Shown in pieces: positions 19,567-21,709 of a stretch of DNA of 21,709 nucleotides. The translations under genes were made by a program, and so were the position numbers. Positions within the stretch are counted from its first letter, which is position 1. Every line of letters begins with the position of its first letter. The notes beneath the pieces were generated by a model. The model was not told the origin of the DNA. It saw nothing but the letters and a program-made list of their open reading frames with translations, and ran no database searches. The DNA comes from a virus (lineage: Duplodnaviria; Heunggongvirae; Uroviricota; Caudoviricetes): IMG/VR virus record IMGVR_UViG_2563366822_000014; one strand, written 5' to 3'.

Positions 19567-21709
19567 ACCGGTAGGCGATCTGGTCGTTGATTTAAGTCTG
19601 GATGCGGCCAGATTTGACGAGCAGATGGCCAGAGTCAGGCGTCATTTTTCCGGTACGGAAAGTGATGCGAAAAAAACAGCGGCAGTCGTTGAACAGTCGC
19701 TGAGCCGACAGGCGCTGGCTGCACAGAAAGCGGGGATTTCCGTCGGGCAGTATAAAGCCGCCATGCGTATGCTGCCTGCACAGTTCACCGACGTGGCCAC
19801 GCAGCTTGCAGGCGGGCAAAGTCCGTGGCTGATCCTGCTGCAACAGGGGGGGCAGGTGAAGGACTCCTTCGGCGGGATGATCCCCATGTTCAGGGGGCTT
19901 GCCGGTGCGATCACCCTGCCGATGGTGGGGGCCACCTCGCTGGCGGTGGCGACCGGTGCGCTGGCGTATGCCTGGTATCAGGGCAACTCAACCCTGTCCG
20001 ATTTCAACAAAACGCTGGTCCTTTCCGGCAATCAGGCGGGACTGACGGCAGATCGTATGCTGGTCCTGTCCAGAGCCGGGCAGGCGGCAGGGCTGACGTT
20101 TAACCAGACCAGCGAGTCACTCAGCGCACTGGTTAAGGCGGGGGTAAGCGGTGAGGCTCAGATTGCGTCCATCAGCCAGAGTGTGGCGCGTTTCTCTTCT
20201 GCATCCGGTGTGGAGGTGGACAAGGTCGCTGAAGCCTTCGGGAAGCTGACCACAGACCTGACGTCGGGGCTGACGGCGATGGCACGCCAGTTCCATAACG
20301 TGACGGCGGAGCAGATTGCGTATGTTGCTCAGTTGCAGCGTTCCGGCGATGAAGCCGGGGCATTGCAGGCGGCGAACGAGGCCGCAACGAAAGGGTTTGA
20401 TGACCAGACCCGCCGCCTGAAAGAGAACATGGGCACGCTGGAGACCTGGGCAGACAGGACAGCGCGGGCCTTCAAATCCATGTGGGATGCGGTGCTGGAT
20501 ATTGGTCGTCCTGATACCGCGCAGGAGATGCTGATTAAGGCAGAGGCTGCGTTTAAGAAAGCAGACGACATCTGGAATCTGCGCAAGGATGATTATTTTG
20601 TTAACGATGAAGCGCGGGCGCGTTACTGGGATGATCGTGAAAAGGCCCGTCTTGCGCTTGAAGCCGCCCGAAAGAAGGCTGAGCAGCAGACTCAACAGGA
20701 CAAAAATGCGCAGCAGCAGAGCGATACCGAAGCGTCACGGCTGAAATATACCGAAGAGGCGCAGAAGGCTTACGAACGGCTGCAGACGCCGCTGGAGAAA
20801 TATACCGCCCGTCAGGAAGAACTGAACAAGGCACTGAAAGACGGGAAAATCCTGCAGGCGGATTACAACACGCTGATGGCGGCGGCGAAAAAGGATTATG
20901 AAGCGACGCTGAAAAAGCCGAAACAGTCCGGCGTGAAGGTGTCTGCGGGCGATCGTCAGGAAGACAGTGCTCATGCTGCCCTGCTGACGCTTCAGGCAGA
21001 ACTCCGGACGCTGGAGAAGCATGCCGGAGCGAATGAGAAAATCAGCCAGCAGCGCCGGGATTTGTGGAAGGCGGAGAGTCAGTTCGCGGTACTGGAGGAG
21101 GCGGCGCAACGTCGCCAGCTGTCTGCACAGGAGAAATCCCTGCTGGCGCATAAAGATGAGACGCTGGAGTACAAACGCCAGCTGGCTGCACTTGGCGACA
21201 AGGTTACGTATCAGGAGCGCCTGAACGCGCTGGCGCAGCAGGCGGATAAATTCGCACAGCAGCAACGGGCAAAACGGGCCGCCATTGATGCGAAAAGCCG
21301 GGGGCTGACTGACCGGCAGGCAGAACGGGAAGCCACGGAACAGCGCCTGAAGGAACAGTATGGCGATAATCCGCTGGCGCTGAATAACGTCATGTCAGAG
21401 CAGAAAAAGACCTGGGCGGCTGAAGACCAGCTTCGCGGGAGCTGGATGGCAGGCCTGAAGTCCGGCTGGAGTGAGTGGGAAGAGAGCGCCACGGACAGTA
21501 TGTCGCAGGTTAAAAGTGCAGCCACGCAGACCTTTGATGGTATTGCACAGAATATGGCGGCGATGCTGACCGGCAGTGAGCAGAACTGGCGCAGCTTCAC
21601 CCGTTCCGTGCTGTCCATGATGACAGAAATTCTGCTTAAGCAGGCAATGGTGGGGATTGTCGGGAGTATCGGCAGCGCCATTGGCGGGGCTGTTGGTGGC
21701 GGCGCATCC
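19559..21709 (+). CDS. H: tail tape-measure protein gpH (5' portion; continues beyond window end)
   Basis: ATG at 19559 overlapping the T stop; open in frame to the last base of the window (717 codons): MAEPVGDLVVDLSLDAARFDEQMARVRRHFSGTESDAKKTAAVVEQSLSRQALAAQKAGISVGQYKAAMRMLPAQFTD...; coiled-coil rich. Not in the ORF track because no stop falls inside the window. Confidence 0.95.
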   Translation, partial: MAEPVGDLVVDLSLDAARFDEQMARVRRHFSGTESDAKKTAAVVEQSLSRQALAAQKAGISVGQYKAAMRMLPAQFTDVATQLAGGQSPWLILLQQGGQVKDSFGGMIPMFRGLAGAITLPMVGATSLAVATGALAYAWYQGNSTLSDFNKTLVLSGNQAGLTADRMLVLSRAGQAAGLTFNQTSESLSALVKAGVSGEAQIASISQSVARFSSASGVEVDKVAEAFGKLTTDLTSGLTAMARQFHNVTAEQIAYVAQLQRSGDEAGALQAANEAATKGFDDQTRRLKENMGTLETWADRTARAFKSMWDAVLDIGRPDTAQEMLIKAEAAFKKADDIWNLRKDDYFVNDEARARYWDDREKARLALEAARKKAEQQTQQDKNAQQQSDTEASRLKYTEEAQKAYERLQTPLEKYTARQEELNKALKDGKILQADYNTLMAAAKKDYEATLKKPKQSGVKVSAGDRQEDSAHAALLTLQAELRTLEKHAGANEKISQQRRDLWKAESQFAVLEEAAQRRQLSAQEKSLLAHKDETLEYKRQLAALGDKVTYQERLNALAQQADKFAQQQRAKRAAIDAKSRGLTDRQAEREATEQRLKEQYGDNPLALNNVMSEQKKTWAAEDQLRGSWMAGLKSGWSEWEESATDSMSQVKSAATQTFDGIAQNMAAMLTGSEQNWRSFTRSVLSMMTEILLKQAMVGIVGSIGSAIGGAVGGGAS

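Noticed and set aside
20117-21681. Three minus-strand ORFs (192, 176 and 156 aa) within the tape-measure gene H region
   Set aside because: All are antisense to the open H reading frame, which is continuous to the window end; low-complexity Arg/Leu/Gln-rich translations typical of reverse-strand artefacts.

Overview
This window is a mosaic lambdoid prophage segment (Escherichia/Shigella-type), read left to right on the + strand. All calls rest on my reading of the supplied ORF translations and the DNA, compared against protein and DNA sequences recalled from memory; no database search was run. (1) 1-1193 is an IS3-family insertion sequence (orfA/orfB, left end cut by the window edge) inserted into a lambda ren-like gene, whose C-terminal remnant follows at 1194-1354. 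(2) 1355-2940 is a visibly AT-rich cargo segment encoding a small 2-TM protein on the minus strand and two translationally coupled lipoproteins, the second SlyB-like with a glycine zipper; I cannot assign a function, and this is the best candidate for something undescribed. (3) 2942-4913 is a DLP12-type nin/Q region: ylcH, ybcN (NinB-like), ninE, ybcO, rusA, ylcG and the antiterminator quuD. (4) 5102-6184 is an intact NmpC/OmpD-type porin gene in antisense orientation between Q and the lysis genes, flanked by a hairpin-rich 188-bp spacer and a 587-bp AT-rich leader. (5) 6772-8267 is a phage-21-type lysis cassette (pinholin essD, SAR endolysin rrrD, spanins rzpD/rzoD) followed by bor on the minus strand. 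(6) From about 8600 to the window end the sequence is essentially the phage lambda right-end/cos/left-arm: a small RHH-like gene, cosN with three Nu1-binding repeats, then nu1, A, W, B, C/nu3, D, E, FI, FII, Z, U, V, G, G-T (frameshift) and the first 717 codons of H. No tRNA, rRNA or CRISPR array was seen.
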